A stretch of DNA of 43,651 bases from Pseudomonadota bacterium (GCA_030608745.1 JAUWDQ010000001.1:1-43651); one strand, 5' to 3'; counted from the stretch's first letter, positions 17,265 to 28,601 are shown. Notes: generated by a model from the sequence alone, not told the origin. A program made the numbers and translations.

Positions 17265-19748
17265 TCAGGTGCAGACGATATTGATTAACTTTTTGGGGAC
17301 AAGGATGACCCTCTGGACGGCCTTATCATGAATCAACCTTCTTATCTTCTCCCTCTCCAATGCCACCCCTTTGATCTCCTCTCCCCCCATAGAGGATGGG
17401 ACCGTAACCCTATCCCGCACTTTGCCATTGACTTGAATCACCACGAGGAACTCCTCCTCAACAATGGCCTCCCGATCGTAATCGGGCCAGGGAGTCTTGA
17501 TCATACTCTCCCCATGTCCGAGGGCCTCCCAGAGCTCTTCCGCGATATGGGGGACAAAGGGGAAAAGCAGCAGGGTCACCGCTTCAACCGCCTCCCTGAA
17601 TACCGCGCGTTCCGTTGGGTTCCCATTCTCCTTCGGCTTAGACTGATACAGGGCGTTAACCAGTTCCATAATGGCGCTGATGGCGGTGTTGAAATGGAAT
17701 CGTTCGATATTTTCCCCGACCTTCTTGATTGTCTTGTGGACTTTCTGGCGCAAGATCTTCAGGCCTTGGTCGAGTGGAGGTGTACCGGCATAGGGTTTCG
17801 CTCCCTTTATCCAATGGTGGTTTTCGCTAACCAATCGCCACACCCGGTTGAGAAACCGGAATGATCCCTCTACCCCCTGATCACTCCACTCGAGATCCTT
17901 CTCGGGTGGAGATGCGAAGAGGCAAAACATTCGGGCCGTATCAGCACCGTATCTGGAAACCAGGTATTCCGGGTCAACGACGTTTCCCCGGGATTTGGAC
18001 ATTTTGGCCCCGTCCTTGATAACCATCCCCTGGGTTAAGAGCCTCGTAAAGGGCTCCTTATCCTTCACGAGGCCGAATTCCCTGAGAACCCTCGCAAAGA
18101 AGCGGGAATAGAGGAGATGCAAAATGGCGTGTTCTATCCCTCCGATATACTGATTAACGGGCATCCAGTAATCGACTTTCTCCTTGTCCAGGGGGCCCTC
18201 GTTATACCGGGGCGATGCAAATCGATCAAAATACCAGGAGGATTCCACGAAGGTATCCATGGTATCGGTCTCCCTCCTGGCATCTCCGCCACATTTCGGA
18301 CATTGCGTCTCAACAAACTCCCGACATTCCGCCAGGGGAGACCCTCCCTCGGTAGAAAATTCCACGTCATGGGGCAAAACGACGGGGAGATCCTCTTCCT
18401 GTACGGGCTGGACTCCACACCGATGGCAATAGATGATGGGGATGGGGGCCCCCCAATACCGCTGACGGGAAATCCCCCAGTCCCGGATGCGATAATTGAC
18501 GCTCTTTCCCCCCAACCCTTTCTCTTCCAGGTACTGGACGATTGCCTGGCGAGCCGAAAGGCTATCCATCCCGTTGAACTGGCCGGAGTTGTCCAGGGTT
18601 CCCTCATCCACATAGGCACCGGCCATGGTTTCCGCGCTCAACGTTTCATCGGGCGGTTGGATCACGACGATCACGGGAAGCTCATATCTCTTGGCAAACT
18701 CGAAATCCCTTTGGTCATGGGCAGGAACTGCCATAACCGCCCCCGTTCCATATTCCATGAGGACGAAATTGGCCGAGAAGATGGGGATTTTCGCCCCCGT
18801 CATGAGATTCAGACAATGGGCCCCGATAAACACCCCCTCCTTTTCCGTATCCTCCGCCGTTCTCCCGACGAGGCTCTGCCGTTTCACCCTTTCCACGAAC
18901 TCCCTCACTTCCCCTTCCTGGGGCGTCCCCCTTGACAGTTCCAAGGTCAAGGGATGTTCCGGAGCTAAGGTCATGAATGTTGCCCCGAAGACGGTATCCT
19001 GGCGGGTTGTAAATACGGTGATTGCATCCTTCGAATCCTCCATCGGAAATCGAATCTCAGCCCCCTCGCTCTTCCCGATCCAATTCCGTTGCATCCTCAA
19101 TACTCGCTCGGGCCATCCCGGAAGTTTATCACAGTATTCCAGCAAATCCTCAGCATAATGGGTGATCTTGAGAAACCACTGATCAAATTCCTTCTGGGTG
19201 ACTTCCGACTCACATCGCCAGCAGAGACCCGCTTCAACCTGCTCATTGGCCAACACCGTCTGACAGCTCGGACACCAATTCACCAGGGACCGCTTTTTGT
19301 AGGCCAGGCCCCTCTCGTACATCTTAAGGAAAAACCATTGCTCCCATCTGTAGTATTCCACATCGCACGTAGCGATCTCCCTCTCCCAGTCATAGCTAAA
19401 GCCCATCCTCTTGAGCTGTTTTCGCATCGTATCGATATTCTCATACGTCCATTTCGCGGGATGGACCCCACTCTCTATTGCCGCGTTTTCAGCGGGCATG
19501 CCGAAGGCATCCCATCCCATAGGGTGAAGCACACTATACCCTTGCATCATCTTATACCGGGACACAACATCCCCTATGGAATAGTTCCGCATGTGTCCCA
19601 TATGGATTGCCCCCGATGGATAGGGATACATCTCCAAGAGATAATACTTCTCCTTGGCCGGGTCTTCCTCGGCCCTAAACAGTTTCTTCTCCTCCCAATA
19701 CTTCTGCCATTTCGCCTCAATCGCTTCTGGATAGTACCTCTCCTTCAT
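17265..19748 (-). CDS. leuS: leucine--tRNA ligase
   Basis: 827 aa. It has the class I HIGH-type motif ([11 protein letters not shown]) and a KMSKS motif (AKMSKSRGN). Confidence 0.97.
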   Translation of the reverse strand: MKERYYPEAIEAKWQKYWEEKKLFRAEEDPAKEKYYLLEMYPYPSGAIHMGHMRNYSIGDVVSRYKMMQGYSVLHPMGWDAFGMPAENAAIESGVHPAKWTYENIDTMRKQLKRMGFSYDWEREIATCDVEYYRWEQWFFLKMYERGLAYKKRSLVNWCPSCQTVLANEQVEAGLCWRCESEVTQKEFDQWFLKITHYAEDLLEYCDKLPGWPERVLRMQRNWIGKSEGAEIRFPMEDSKDAITVFTTRQDTVFGATFMTLAPEHPLTLELSRGTPQEGEVREFVERVKRQSLVGRTAEDTEKEGVFIGAHCLNLMTGAKIPIFSANFVLMEYGTGAVMAVPAHDQRDFEFAKRYELPVIVVIQPPDETLSAETMAGAYVDEGTLDNSGQFNGMDSLSARQAIVQYLEEKGLGGKSVNYRIRDWGISRQRYWGAPIPIIYCHRCGVQPVQEEDLPVVLPHDVEFSTEGGSPLAECREFVETQCPKCGGDARRETDTMDTFVESSWYFDRFASPRYNEGPLDKEKVDYWMPVNQYIGGIEHAILHLLYSRFFARVLREFGLVKDKEPFTRLLTQGMVIKDGAKMSKSRGNVVDPEYLVSRYGADTARMFCLFASPPEKDLEWSDQGVEGSFRFLNRVWRLVSENHHWIKGAKPYAGTPPLDQGLKILRQKVHKTIKKVGENIERFHFNTAISAIMELVNALYQSKPKENGNPTERAVFREAVEAVTLLLFPFVPHIAEELWEALGHGESMIKTPWPDYDREAIVEEEFLVVIQVNGKVRDRVTVPSSMGGEEIKGVALEREKIRRLIHDKAVQRVILVPKKLINIVCT

Positions 19749-19852
19749 TTTACCTCTTTACTCCTCTCATTTTCCTTTTTTCCAAATCTCTACCGGTGAA
19801 TCGTGTTCTTTGGGGGAACACGGACACGAAAATCGCTCCACGGATTACGATT

Positions 19853-21055
19853 TCATCTTCCCATCATCTTCCGGATCTTCAGCCTCAAGGCATTCAGCCT
19901 GATGAATCCTCCCGCATCCTTCTGGTCATAAACGGTGTCTTCATCAAAGGTCGCGAATTCACCGCTGTAGAGGGATTTCTCCGACTTGCGTCCTACGACG
20001 ATACAATTCCCCTTGTAGAGTTTCAACCGAACAGTCCCCGTCACATCCTTCTGGGTTTCATCGATGGTCTTTTCTATAACCTCCATTTCAGGGGAAAACC
20101 AGTAACCGTAGTAGATCAATTCCGAAATTTTGGGAATGAGGGAATCCCTGAGGTGCATCACCTCCCGATCCATGGTGATGGATTCTATGGCCCTGTGCGC
20201 AATGTGGAGGATCGTTCCTCCAGGGGTTTCATACACTCCCCTCGATTTCAACCCCACGTAGCGATTTTCAACCATGTCCACACGGCCGATCCCATTTTCC
20301 CCCCCAATTTTATTGGCCGCGGCCAAAAGGTTTGCCGGGGAGTAAACCTCTCCGTCGATCCTTATTGGAATGCCGTTTTCGAAATCGATCTCGATATAGA
20401 GCGGTCTGTCGGGGGCTTGCTCCGGTGAGACGGTCACGAGGAACATATCCTCCCTCGGTTCCAGCCATGGGTCTTCCAGGATTCCAGCTTCGAAACTGGT
20501 ATGAAAAAGGTTCTGATCGCAACTATAGGGCTTTTCCGCGGTAACCGGAACCGGAATCCCGTTTTCTTGGGCGTAGCGGATCAGATCCTTGCGGGACCTG
20601 AGATTCCACTGTCTCCACGGGGAGATGATGGTGATATCGGGGTTCAAGGCCATGTAGGTTAGTTCGAACCTCACCTGATCGTTCCCCTTTCCCGTCGCAC
20701 CATGGGAAACGGCATCGGCACCTTCCTTCTCGACCACCTCCATCTGTTTTTTGGCTATGAGAGGCCTTGCGATGGAGGTCCCCAGGAGATATCCACCCTC
20801 ATAGATGGCATTGGCCTTTAGGGCCTTGAAGATGAAGTCCCGGACGAACTCCTCCCGGACATCTTCGATACAGACCTTGCTCGCCCCCGTTCCCAGGGCC
20901 TTGGTTTCCACCTTTTCGAGGTCATCCCCCTGACCCAAGTCCGCAACAAAGGCGATGACTTCGCAGCCGTATTCATTGACGAGCCATTTCAAGATGACCG
21001 ATGTATCTAATCCCCCGGAATATGCCAAGACGATCTTGTTTATACGAGATGCCAT
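19853..21055 (-). CDS. argG: argininosuccinate synthase
   Basis: The [12 protein letters not shown]-binding motif is present. I place the start at ATG 21055 ([15 protein letters not shown]), giving 400 aa. The ORF track extends to 21097. Confidence 0.95.
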   Translation of the reverse strand: MASRINKIVLAYSGGLDTSVILKWLVNEYGCEVIAFVADLGQGDDLEKVETKALGTGASKVCIEDVREEFVRDFIFKALKANAIYEGGYLLGTSIARPLIAKKQMEVVEKEGADAVSHGATGKGNDQVRFELTYMALNPDITIISPWRQWNLRSRKDLIRYAQENGIPVPVTAEKPYSCDQNLFHTSFEAGILEDPWLEPREDMFLVTVSPEQAPDRPLYIEIDFENGIPIRIDGEVYSPANLLAAANKIGGENGIGRVDMVENRYVGLKSRGVYETPGGTILHIAHRAIESITMDREVMHLRDSLIPKISELIYYGYWFSPEMEVIEKTIDETQKDVTGTVRLKLYKGNCIVVGRKSEKSLYSGEFATFDEDTVYDQKDAGGFIRLNALRLKIRKMMGR

Positions 21056-21131
21056 ATCACCACCATACAACAATTCGTGTCTGTTGTTCGTCCTCAAGCT
21101 CCACCAGACGGCGGCCTGACCTGAGGACCAT

Positions 21132-22043
21132 TTACCCCATCAACCACTCCAGAATGGCCTTCTGAACGTGGAGCCGATTCTCCGCCTGATCCCAGACGAT
21201 GGAATGGGTTCCGTCCATCACATCATCGGTTATCTCCTCGCCCCGATGAGCGGGCAGGCAGTGCATAACCAAAACCCCCGCTTTTGCGGCCTTGACTAAA
21301 CGGGAGTTCACCTGATAATCCCTGAAATCCCGAAGGCGGTCGGCGTGTTCATCCTCCTTTCCCATGCTGGCCCACACATCGGTATAGATGACATCCGTCC
21401 CCGATACGGCCTGGTACGGATCATGGACCAGCTGGATCTCCGTCGCCGATTCCCTCCTGGCCCGTTCAAGGAGCGATGGGTCTGGCCCGTATCCCTCTGG
21501 ACAAGCCAGGCGGAGATGGAAATTCAACCTGGCGGCGCAATTGATCCAGGAGTTAGCTACGTTATTCCCATCCCCCACGTAAGCCACCTTCAACCCTCCA
21601 TATCCACCCATCTTCTCCGTGACGGTAAAGATGTCGGAGAGAATCTGGCAGGGGTGAAGTAAATCGCTGAGCCCATTTATGACAGGAATGGTTGCATGCC
21701 TGGCTAATTCCTCTATGGTCTCGTGGGAAAATGTCCGTGCCATGACTCCATCCACGTATCTGGAAAAGACCCGTGCTGTATCCGGAACGGTTTCTCCGCG
21801 ACTCAGCTGCATATCCTTAAAGTCAAGAAATAGGGCGTACCCTCCCAACTGATACATCCCCACCTCGAAGGAAACCCGAGTTCGAGTGGAAGCCTTCTCG
21901 AAAATGAGGCCCAGGGTTTTCCCCTTAAGGGGGGTATGCGAAACTCCCTCCTTTTGTTTGGCCTTCAAGACGGTCGCCATCTCCATCAGATGATCGATTT
22001 CATCCTGGCTCAGGGAGAAGATACTGACCAGATCCCTCTTCAC
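21132..22043 (-). CDS. argF: ornithine carbamoyltransferase
   Basis: The STRTR, HPCQ and HCLP motifs are present. The GTG start overlaps the argD stop (GTGA). Confidence 0.93.
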   Translation of the reverse strand: MKRDLVSIFSLSQDEIDHLMEMATVLKAKQKEGVSHTPLKGKTLGLIFEKASTRTRVSFEVGMYQLGGYALFLDFKDMQLSRGETVPDTARVFSRYVDGVMARTFSHETIEELARHATIPVINGLSDLLHPCQILSDIFTVTEKMGGYGGLKVAYVGDGNNVANSWINCAARLNFHLRLACPEGYGPDPSLLERARRESATEIQLVHDPYQAVSGTDVIYTDVWASMGKEDEHADRLRDFRDYQVNSRLVKAAKAGVLVMHCLPAHRGEEITDDVMDGTHSIVWDQAENRLHVQKAILEWLMG

Positions 22044-23251
22044 GACTCGGTCCCCTCCTTACATTCCCCGAGAATCCGGTCCAAAGCTCCTAAGAGCTGA
22101 TCCACCTCTTTTGTGGTTACGATTAAGGGTGGCAAAAACCTGAGGACATTGCCCATGGTACAGTTGATGAGGAATCCCTCCTCCATGCAACGGGTCACAA
22201 TTTGACTCCCCTCGAATTCCAGTTCCATGCCGATGATTAAGCCCCTTCCCCTCACCTCCTTAATAAAGGGATATTCCCCCTTCAAATCCATGAGTCGATT
22301 GAAGAAATGCTCCCCCACCCTTCTGCAGTTTTCCAGGACACCATCCTCTAATAAAGTTGATACGGCCGCCACACCCGCCGCCGTGGCCAAGGGATTGCCC
22401 CCGAATGTCGATGCGTGGGTTCCCGGGCCGAAGCTCTTGGCCACCTCCTCAGTAGCCAACATTGCCCCTATGGGAACTCCTCCCGCCAAGGACTTTGCCA
22501 AGGTCATGATATCCGGATATACCCCCTCGTGTTCATAGGCAAAGAGCTTGCCCGTCCTGCCCATGCCAACCTGTACCTCATCGTAGATTAAAAGGATCCC
22601 CCTCTTACGGCAAAGCTCGCGGAGTTCCCTCAAATATCCATCGGACGGACAATTCACCCCACCCTCACCCTGGATGGGTTCCACCATAATGGCGCAGGTA
22701 TTGGGGGTTACCGCCCGGAGAACCGCCTCCATATCGTTAAAGGGAACGTATTTATAACCCGGAACCAGAGGATCGAACCCCTTGTGAAATTTCTCCTGTC
22801 CCGTCGCAGTGATGGTTGCCATGGTCCTGCCGTGAAAAGACTTCTCCATGGTGATGATTTCGAATCTTTCTGTTCGGCCGGTATCCTTGGCGTACTTCTT
22901 CGCCAATTTCATGGCCGCTTCGTTAGCCTCCGCACCGCTATTGCAGAAAAAAACCCTATCGGCAAAGGAGTTCTCACACAACAGTTTGGCCAACTCAATT
23001 TGAGGCTCGATGTGATAAAAGTTGGAGACATGGATGAGCTTCCGGGATTGATCCTGAATAGCCTGAACCACCTTTGGATGGCAATGCCCGAGATTACATA
23101 CGGCCAAGCCGGCCACGAAATCGAAATACTCCTTACCATCGTTGGTCCAGACCTTACACCCTTGGCCCCTGACCAATATAAGGGGATATCGGGAGTACGT
23201 ATTTGCGATGTACCTCTGAGAATCGGCAATGAGCGTCTTTGTAGCCGTCAT
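22040..23251 (-). CDS. argD: acetylornithine aminotransferase (class III PLP)
   Basis: 403 aa. It has class III aminotransferase blocks (NSGAEANEAA, DEVQVGMGRTG). GGAGGAG lies 8 nt upstream. It sits within the arg cluster. Confidence 0.9.
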   Translation of the reverse strand: MTATKTLIADSQRYIANTYSRYPLILVRGQGCKVWTNDGKEYFDFVAGLAVCNLGHCHPKVVQAIQDQSRKLIHVSNFYHIEPQIELAKLLCENSFADRVFFCNSGAEANEAAMKLAKKYAKDTGRTERFEIITMEKSFHGRTMATITATGQEKFHKGFDPLVPGYKYVPFNDMEAVLRAVTPNTCAIMVEPIQGEGGVNCPSDGYLRELRELCRKRGILLIYDEVQVGMGRTGKLFAYEHEGVYPDIMTLAKSLAGGVPIGAMLATEEVAKSFGPGTHASTFGGNPLATAAGVAAVSTLLEDGVLENCRRVGEHFFNRLMDLKGEYPFIKEVRGRGLIIGMELEFEGSQIVTRCMEEGFLINCTMGNVLRFLPPLIVTTKEVDQLLGALDRILGECKEGTES

Positions 23252-23289
23252 CGAACTGGCTCCTCCATCTGGTAAAAAGCGGCAAGAAG

Positions 23290-23305
23290 AGAGGGAATTC
23301 CCTCT
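23290..23305. repeat. perfect 16-bp palindrome AGAGGGAATTCCCTCT in the argB-argD spacer
   Basis: Read directly. It can form a 6-bp hairpin with an AATT loop in the argB-argD transcript. No adjacent U tract. Confidence 0.4.
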
Positions 23306-23342
23306 ATAATAAATTACCCCTTTCCCCTCACATCATCGTCTC

Positions 23343-24236
23343 TTATGCCCCTTTCCCTCTGTGTATCTGGGTTCCTATCCCTTCGTCGGTAAAAATCTCA
23401 AGGAGCAGGGTATGCTCCACCCGCCCATCGATGATATGGGTTTTGATTACGCCTCCCTGGAGCGCATCCAAACAACAGTGAACCTTCGGAATCATCCCCC
23501 CCATAATAACCCCCTTTTCAAGAAGCTCCCTTGCCCTCCCGACATCGAGGGTTCGAATCAATTGATCTCCTTTGTCCACTATACCCGGAACATCCGTCAA
23601 GAGGATCAGTTTCTCGGCCTTGAGGGTGGAGGCAACCTTTCCGGCAACTAAATCGGCGTTTATGTTGTAGCTCTCCCCTCCCTCCCCCACCCCTACGGGG
23701 GCAATAACCGGGATGAAGCCTCTCTCCTCCATGGCCAAAATGATGGATGGATTGATGGAGGCCACTTCGCCAACCATGCCGATGTCGATCGCTTCAGGAG
23801 GGCTCCCATCTCCCTTTCTCCTGTAGATGTTCATCTTCTTCGCAAGGATGAGCTGGCCATCCTTTCCGCTGAGTCCCACCCCTTTTCCACCATGACGATT
23901 GATCAAACCCACGATTTCCTTGTTCACCTTTCCAACCAGAACCATCTCCACCACATCCATGGTTTCACCGTCGGTAACCCTCATGCCCTCTACAAACTCC
24001 GTCTTCTTTCCCATCTGGGCTAACACCTTCCCGATTTGTGGGCCCCCACCATGGACAATGACCGGATTGAGGCCGATGTATCTCATCAAAACGATGTCTA
24101 ATGCAAAGCTCTCTTTCAAGCCCTCGTCTACCATGACGTTTCCGCCATACTTGATGACGATGGTTTTGTCGTAAAATTTACGGATATAGGGCAATGCCTC
24201 AATGAGGACTTCAGCCTTATTGATGGTACCCTCCAT
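23343..24236 (-). CDS. argB: acetylglutamate kinase
   Basis: 297 aa. It has amino-acid kinase family blocks ([15 protein letters not shown]). Confidence 0.93.
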   Translation of the reverse strand: MEGTINKAEVLIEALPYIRKFYDKTIVIKYGGNVMVDEGLKESFALDIVLMRYIGLNPVIVHGGGPQIGKVLAQMGKKTEFVEGMRVTDGETMDVVEMVLVGKVNKEIVGLINRHGGKGVGLSGKDGQLILAKKMNIYRRKGDGSPPEAIDIGMVGEVASINPSIILAMEERGFIPVIAPVGVGEGGESYNINADLVAGKVASTLKAEKLILLTDVPGIVDKGDQLIRTLDVGRARELLEKGVIMGGMIPKVHCCLDALQGGVIKTHIIDGRVEHTLLLEIFTDEGIGTQIHRGKGA

Positions 24237-24312
24237 ACGCCTTCCCGTTCATGGTATCCGGATCATAAAATGGACGAGATACGGGTCATTGCCTCCCTGT
24301 GACCCACATCAC

Positions 24313-25683
24313 TCATAAGATATAACGGCTCAAATCCTCGTCCTCAATGAAATCCCTCAGCTTATCCTTCACATACGTGGAATCGATGCTGATCTCCTTA
24401 TCACGAACCTCCGTGGCATCGAAGGAAATCTCATCCAAGAGCTTCTCCATAATGGTATAGAGCCTCCGTGCACCAATATTTTGGGTCCTCTCGTTGATGA
24501 TTTGAGCTACCTCAGCGATCTCAGCTATGGCATCATCAGTAAAGAGTAACTGCACGGTTTCCGTCTTGAGCAGGGCGGTATACTGTTTTATCAGGGCATT
24601 TTGGGGCTCTATGAGGATTCGAATGAAGTCCTCTTTCCCAAGGGAATGGAGCTCCACCCGAATGGGAAAACGCCCCTGGAGCTCCGGAATGAGATCCGAG
24701 GGTTTTGATATGTGAAAGGCCCCGGCGGCGATAAAGAGGATGTGGTCCGTCTTCACCATCCCATATTTCGTCGTAACCGTCGTTCCCTCGACAATGGGCA
24801 AAATATCCCTTTGGACTCCTTCCCTTGAGACGTCGGGACCATGCACGGATTCCCGCCCCGCGATTTTATCGATCTCATCCAAGAAGATGATTCCCGATTG
24901 TTCTACCCTATCTTTGGCCAACCTCACCACCTTATCCATATCGACCAATTTTTGGGCCTCCTCGTGGAAGAGGATGGTTAAGGCTTCCGGGATTTTTACC
25001 TTTCTCCTCTTTCTTCTCTGGGGAAACAGGTTTCCAAACATGTCCCTGATGTTGATATCCATCTCTTCCATGCCCGAGGCGGAGAAGATCTCCACGATGG
25101 GGAGATTGCTGTCCGCGGTCTCAATCTCGACATAACGGTCGTCCAGCTTTCCCTCCTTCAATAACTGCCGCAGCTTCTCCCTGGTTGCACTCTGGGTTAA
25201 AGGCCTTTCCTCGACAGCCCTAATAGACCCCAAGGGGGGATTTTCCTCCGCTTTCTTCTCCATCTTTGGCCTTGGCAATAGGAGATCCAACAATCTCTCT
25301 TCGGCCAACTCCCGGGCCTTTATCTCGACCCTTTCGGTCTCCTCCCCCTTAACCATATTTACCGCCTGGTCGGTCAGATCCCTAATCATGGATTCTACAT
25401 CCCTACCCACATATCCCACTTCCGTGAATTTTGAGGCCTCAATCTTCAGAAAGGGCGCTTGGGCAAGCCTGGCCAACCTTCTGGCAATCTCTGTTTTCCC
25501 CACCCCGGTAGGACCAATCATGATGATGTTCTTCGGCGCAATCTCATCCCTCAGGTCTTCGGGGACCTGTTGTCGCCTCCACCTGTTCCGAAGGGCAATG
25601 GCAACGGATCGTTTGGCCTCCTTCTGTCCTACGATATATTTGTCGAGTTCGGAAACGATTTCCCGTGGGGTAAAGGTTTGCAC
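24313..25683 (-). CDS. hslU: ATP-dependent protease ATPase subunit HslU
   Basis: 456 aa. It has Walker [16 protein letters not shown] and the conserved N-terminus [19 protein letters not shown] start with AAAGAGG 8 nt upstream. Confidence 0.96.
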   Translation of the reverse strand: MQTFTPREIVSELDKYIVGQKEAKRSVAIALRNRWRRQQVPEDLRDEIAPKNIIMIGPTGVGKTEIARRLARLAQAPFLKIEASKFTEVGYVGRDVESMIRDLTDQAVNMVKGEETERVEIKARELAEERLLDLLLPRPKMEKKAEENPPLGSIRAVEERPLTQSATREKLRQLLKEGKLDDRYVEIETADSNLPIVEIFSASGMEEMDINIRDMFGNLFPQRRKRRKVKIPEALTILFHEEAQKLVDMDKVVRLAKDRVEQSGIIFLDEIDKIAGRESVHGPDVSREGVQRDILPIVEGTTVTTKYGMVKTDHILFIAAGAFHISKPSDLIPELQGRFPIRVELHSLGKEDFIRILIEPQNALIKQYTALLKTETVQLLFTDDAIAEIAEVAQIINERTQNIGARRLYTIMEKLLDEISFDATEVRDKEISIDSTYVKDKLRDFIEDEDLSRYIL

Positions 25684-25710
25684 TGTTTGAACCTCTTTAG
25701 AGGATTCGGC

Positions 25711-26235
25711 TTATAATTCTTCGATGATGATGTGATCGTTCGTATAGATACAGATGGAGGCGGCGATCTTCATGGCCTCTTCGGCAATGGATTTGGCATC
25801 CAACTCGGAATGGTCGACCAATGCCTTGGCGGCTGCATGAGCATAAGAACCCCCGCTGCCAATAGCAGTCACACCTTCGTCGGGTTCGATCACATCTCCA
25901 GTACCTGATATGACTAAAGAGCGATCTTTGTCGGCCACTATGAGAAGCGCCTCCAGCCTCCTCAACACTCTATCGGTTCGCCATTCCTTGGCCAGCTCGA
26001 CCGCAGCCCTCATGAGATTGCCGTTGAACTCTTCCAATTTCGACTCAAATTTTCCGAATAAAGTAAAGGCGTCAGCGCTGGTTCCGGCAAATCCCGCCAA
26101 TACCCTGTCGTTATATATCCTTCTGACCTTTCTCGCCGTGCGCTTCATAATCGTATTTTCAAAGGTGATCTGCCCATCGCCCCCCATGACCACACGGCCT
26201 TTGTGCCTAACGGAAAGAACAGTTGTCCCTCTCAC
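25711..26235 (-). CDS. hslV: ATP-dependent protease subunit HslV
   Basis: 174 aa. The catalytic N-terminal Thr context is (M)[15 protein letters not shown] start with AAGGAG 7 nt upstream. Confidence 0.96.
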   Translation of the reverse strand: MRGTTVLSVRHKGRVVMGGDGQITFENTIMKRTARKVRRIYNDRVLAGFAGTSADAFTLFGKFESKLEEFNGNLMRAAVELAKEWRTDRVLRRLEALLIVADKDRSLVISGTGDVIEPDEGVTAIGSGGSYAHAAAKALVDHSELDAKSIAEEAMKIAASICIYTNDHIIIEEL

Positions 26236-26325
26236 TCTTCGACTCCTTGGAAGAAACGATTCATAATCAATTTACGATGTTGTATGGCCATGAATTCAAA
26301 CCCACGGTTCCCCCATAAAAAGGGA

Positions 26326-27255
26326 TCACGGATTCCGTTTCGTATTTCTCCAGCTCCTGGGATGAGCCCTATCGTAAACCTCCATTAAGCCGTCTATGCT
26401 CACATGGGTATATTTTTGGGTCGTGGAAAGGCTCACATGTCCCAATAACTCCTGTATATCCCTTAAATTCGCCCCCGCATCCAATAGATGGGTCGCAAAG
26501 GTATGGCGGAAGGCATGGGGACTAATGCTCTTTACGAGCCCGCACTTTTTCCCATATTTTTCCACCATCCGTCTCACACTCCGATCTGTCAATCTACCGC
26601 CTCGAGTATTGATAAAGAGCGGGCACTGGCGACCATTCCCTGAGGAAAGCCCCCTTCTCCTGAAATAATCCCTTACAGCCTCTATGGCCTTGGACCCAAT
26701 GGGAACAATCCTCTCCTTCCTCCCCTTTCCCAACACCTTTATGATACCCAGTTCTAGATCCACATCATCACAATTCAATTGGGTCAGCTCCCCCACCCGA
26801 ATGCCACTGGAATAGAGCAATTCGAGAATAGCCCGGTCCCTGAGACCTATGGGATTCGATTTATCGGGCGCATTTAACATCCTGAACATCTCATCAATGG
26901 TTAGCGTGCTTGGAATATACTTTTCGGTCTTGGGAGTTGCCACCCCTTTTGCTGGGTTCCTCGAAATAATCCCCTCCCGAACCAAGTATTGGAAAAAGGA
27001 ACGAATGGAAGCCAACTTTCGAGCGATAGAGCTCCTTTTATTCGATCGAAAAAGGGCCCTGAGATAGATTCGGATGATATCACGATCAAGTCGTGAAACA
27101 TCCACTTCTCCTGTTTCCGGTTTCGGAAGGAGCCCGCATGCCGAGATGAAACCCGCCAGATGAGATAGGTCGTTGAGATAACTCCGACATGTATGCTCCG
27201 AAGCTCCCTTTTCCAAAGCCAGATATTTGATGAATTGGTCGATTTGATCCCGCAT
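26326..27255 (-). CDS. xerC: site-specific tyrosine recombinase XerC/XerD family
   Basis: It has the R...HxxR...Y catalytic pattern (ELLGHVSLSTTQKYTHV) and the canonical xerC-hslV-hslU order. I place the start at ATG 27255 (GAAGG 5 nt upstream). The ORF-track TTG at 27267 is an alternative. Confidence 0.85.
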   Translation of the reverse strand: MRDQIDQFIKYLALEKGASEHTCRSYLNDLSHLAGFISACGLLPKPETGEVDVSRLDRDIIRIYLRALFRSNKRSSIARKLASIRSFFQYLVREGIISRNPAKGVATPKTEKYIPSTLTIDEMFRMLNAPDKSNPIGLRDRAILELLYSSGIRVGELTQLNCDDVDLELGIIKVLGKGRKERIVPIGSKAIEAVRDYFRRRGLSSGNGRQCPLFINTRGGRLTDRSVRRMVEKYGKKCGLVKSISPHAFRHTFATHLLDAGANLRDIQELLGHVSLSTTQKYTHVSIDGLMEVYDRAHPRSWRNTKRNP

Positions 27256-27379
27256 GTAAGCCTTCAAGAATATAATTAAATTAGAATGTATATCACAATG
27301 TTGAAAATAATCAATGGAAAAATCAGAGGTTTGGAGGTTGTGTGGGAATTAGAAAAATTTTTTTTATGACTGAATGGTC

Positions 27380-27408
27380 TTGACAATAAAGAAACATTAT
27401 TTTATATT
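27380..27408 (+). promoter_or_regulatory. near-consensus sigma70 promoter of the IclR-family gene
   Basis: TTGACA (27380-27385), a 17-nt spacer, then TATATT (27403-27408). It lies within a conspicuously AT-rich 180-nt divergent spacer. Confidence 0.5.
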
Positions 27409-27447
27409 TAGTGTTTTAATTTATCAATAAAGGAGGCTCAAGGTAAA

Positions 27448-28230
27448 ATGGCTAAGCGGGAAAAGGACAGTTACGTCATTCAGTCTGTAACCAATGCATT
27501 GAATCTCTTGGAGGAGTTCAAAGGAGATCGGGATGAACTTGGGGTGACCGAACTCAGCAAAAGGCTCAACCTCCATAAGAACAACATTTTCAGGTTACTG
27601 GCAACCCTCGAGGCAAAGGGATACATCGAGCAGAATAAGGCCACAGAAAATTATCGGTTGGGTGTGAAAAGCCTCGAGTTGGGTCAAACTTTTATTAAGC
27701 AGCTTGGCTTGGTCCGCCAGGCCAAACCGTTCCTGGAGGAAATCGTTAAGGAATGTAACGAAATGGCTTATATTGGGACTATTCGGCAAAACTCCGTCGT
27801 CTATCTGCATGTGGAAGAGGCGGACCAAACGGTGAAGGTGGCCAATCGTGTCGGATGGAGGCTTCCCATCCATTGCACGGGCATCGGCAAGGCCCAGATC
27901 GCGTATGCATCTGAAGAGGAATTGGAAAAGCTCGGTATCTTAGACAATATGGAGAGGTTTACGTCTAATACCACCGTCGATAGGGTTGAGTTCATCAAAC
28001 ACCTTAAAGAGATAGCCAAGCGGGGATATGCCCTCGATAATGAGGAATACAATCTGGGCGTAAGGTGTGTCGGTGTTCCCGTCAGGGACTATACTGGCCG
28101 GGTTGTGGGGGGAATCTCCGTTTCCGGCCCATCCTTTCGCATGACCGATGAGATATTGAAGGGGAAAATTATCCCCGTTGTCAGAGAGGCCGGCGAAAAG
28201 GTTTCCAAAAGACTTGGATTTGGGACTTAG
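27448..28230 (+). CDS. IclR-family transcriptional regulator
   Basis: 260 aa. It has an N-terminal winged-HTH (LGVTELSKRLNLHKNNIFRLLATLE) and a C-terminal IclR effector domain (GISVSGP). Confidence 0.9.
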   Translation: MAKREKDSYVIQSVTNALNLLEEFKGDRDELGVTELSKRLNLHKNNIFRLLATLEAKGYIEQNKATENYRLGVKSLELGQTFIKQLGLVRQAKPFLEEIVKECNEMAYIGTIRQNSVVYLHVEEADQTVKVANRVGWRLPIHCTGIGKAQIAYASEEELEKLGILDNMERFTSNTTVDRVEFIKHLKEIAKRGYALDNEEYNLGVRCVGVPVRDYTGRVVGGISVSGPSFRMTDEILKGKIIPVVREAGEKVSKRLGFGT

Positions 28231-28237
28231 AATAGAC

Positions 28238-28431
28238 GTCATTGTAAAAAGTCGAAATTAGACGGCAAAGAAAAAAGATCCAGATGCAAGGCGCGCAAAT
28301 CCTGAGGAATGAGGCGTACATAGAAGTACGCTGCAGTGACGAAGGATGAAGCGGAACGTAGCAGATGGACTTTTTACGAAGCCGTCAGAATAGGGTCTTC
28401 TTCAAGAAAGGATTTTCACCTTCCCTTCCCC
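28238..28431 (+). other. unexplained repeat- and helix-containing non-coding segment (candidate sRNA or miniature inserted element)
   Basis: It is bracketed by the 7-nt direct repeat AATAGAC (28231-28237 and 28432-28438). It contains a perfect 10-nt long-range complement (28244-28253 with 28368-28377), a local hairpin at 28314-28331 and an imperfect purine-rich direct repeat (28304-28326 versus 28338-28364). Strand and function are unknown. Confidence 0.25.
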
Positions 28432-28525
28432 AATAGACTATGCTCCCTGCTTTTGCGTTTCTTCGGAATGATCTTACAAGGGACGGCTTTCCCGGAAAGC
28501 CGGGAAACTCCAGATATTTTTCCCA

Positions 28526-28554
28526 TTGACTTCCAAGCGGGTTTCTTGTATAGA
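28526..28554 (+). promoter_or_regulatory. candidate sigma70 promoter of the dodecin gene
   Basis: TTGACT (28526-28531), a 17-nt spacer, then TATAGA (28549-28554). It lies about 45 nt upstream of the ATG at 28602. Confidence 0.45.
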
Positions 28555-28601
28555 AAGACAAGGAGGGAAGTAAATTCATTTAGCATAAGGAGGTAATGCA
28601 G

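Noticed and set aside
18117-19799. 272-aa and 236-aa plus-strand ORFs inside leuS
   Set aside because: They are antisense to leuS, which has HIGH and KMSKS motifs. They show no independent signals.
19802-19822. Hairpin CGTGTTC-tttgggg-GAACACG downstream of argG as a terminator
   Set aside because: A 7-bp stem exists, but no U tract follows it on the argG (minus) strand. It may be an mRNA stability element, but calling it a terminator is not supported.
26326-27267. The tyrosine recombinase as a marker of an integrated mobile element
   Set aside because: The canonical xerC-hslV-hslU synteny and the Xer-like sequence indicate the housekeeping chromosome-dimer resolvase. No att-like repeats, tRNA or phage genes are adjacent.
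28244-28386. 6S RNA or another known sRNA class for the helix-closed segment
   Set aside because: Beyond the 10-bp closing helix, the two arms do not pair into the extended rod with a central bubble expected for 6S RNA. No match to any family I can recall.
28336-28596. 86-aa ORF (MTKDEAERSRWTFYEAV...) in the IclR-dodecin spacer
   Set aside because: It has a GTG start with no RBS. It runs through the predicted dodecin promoter and RBS. Its composition looks like translated non-coding repeat sequence, so I treat it as part of the non-coding segment.
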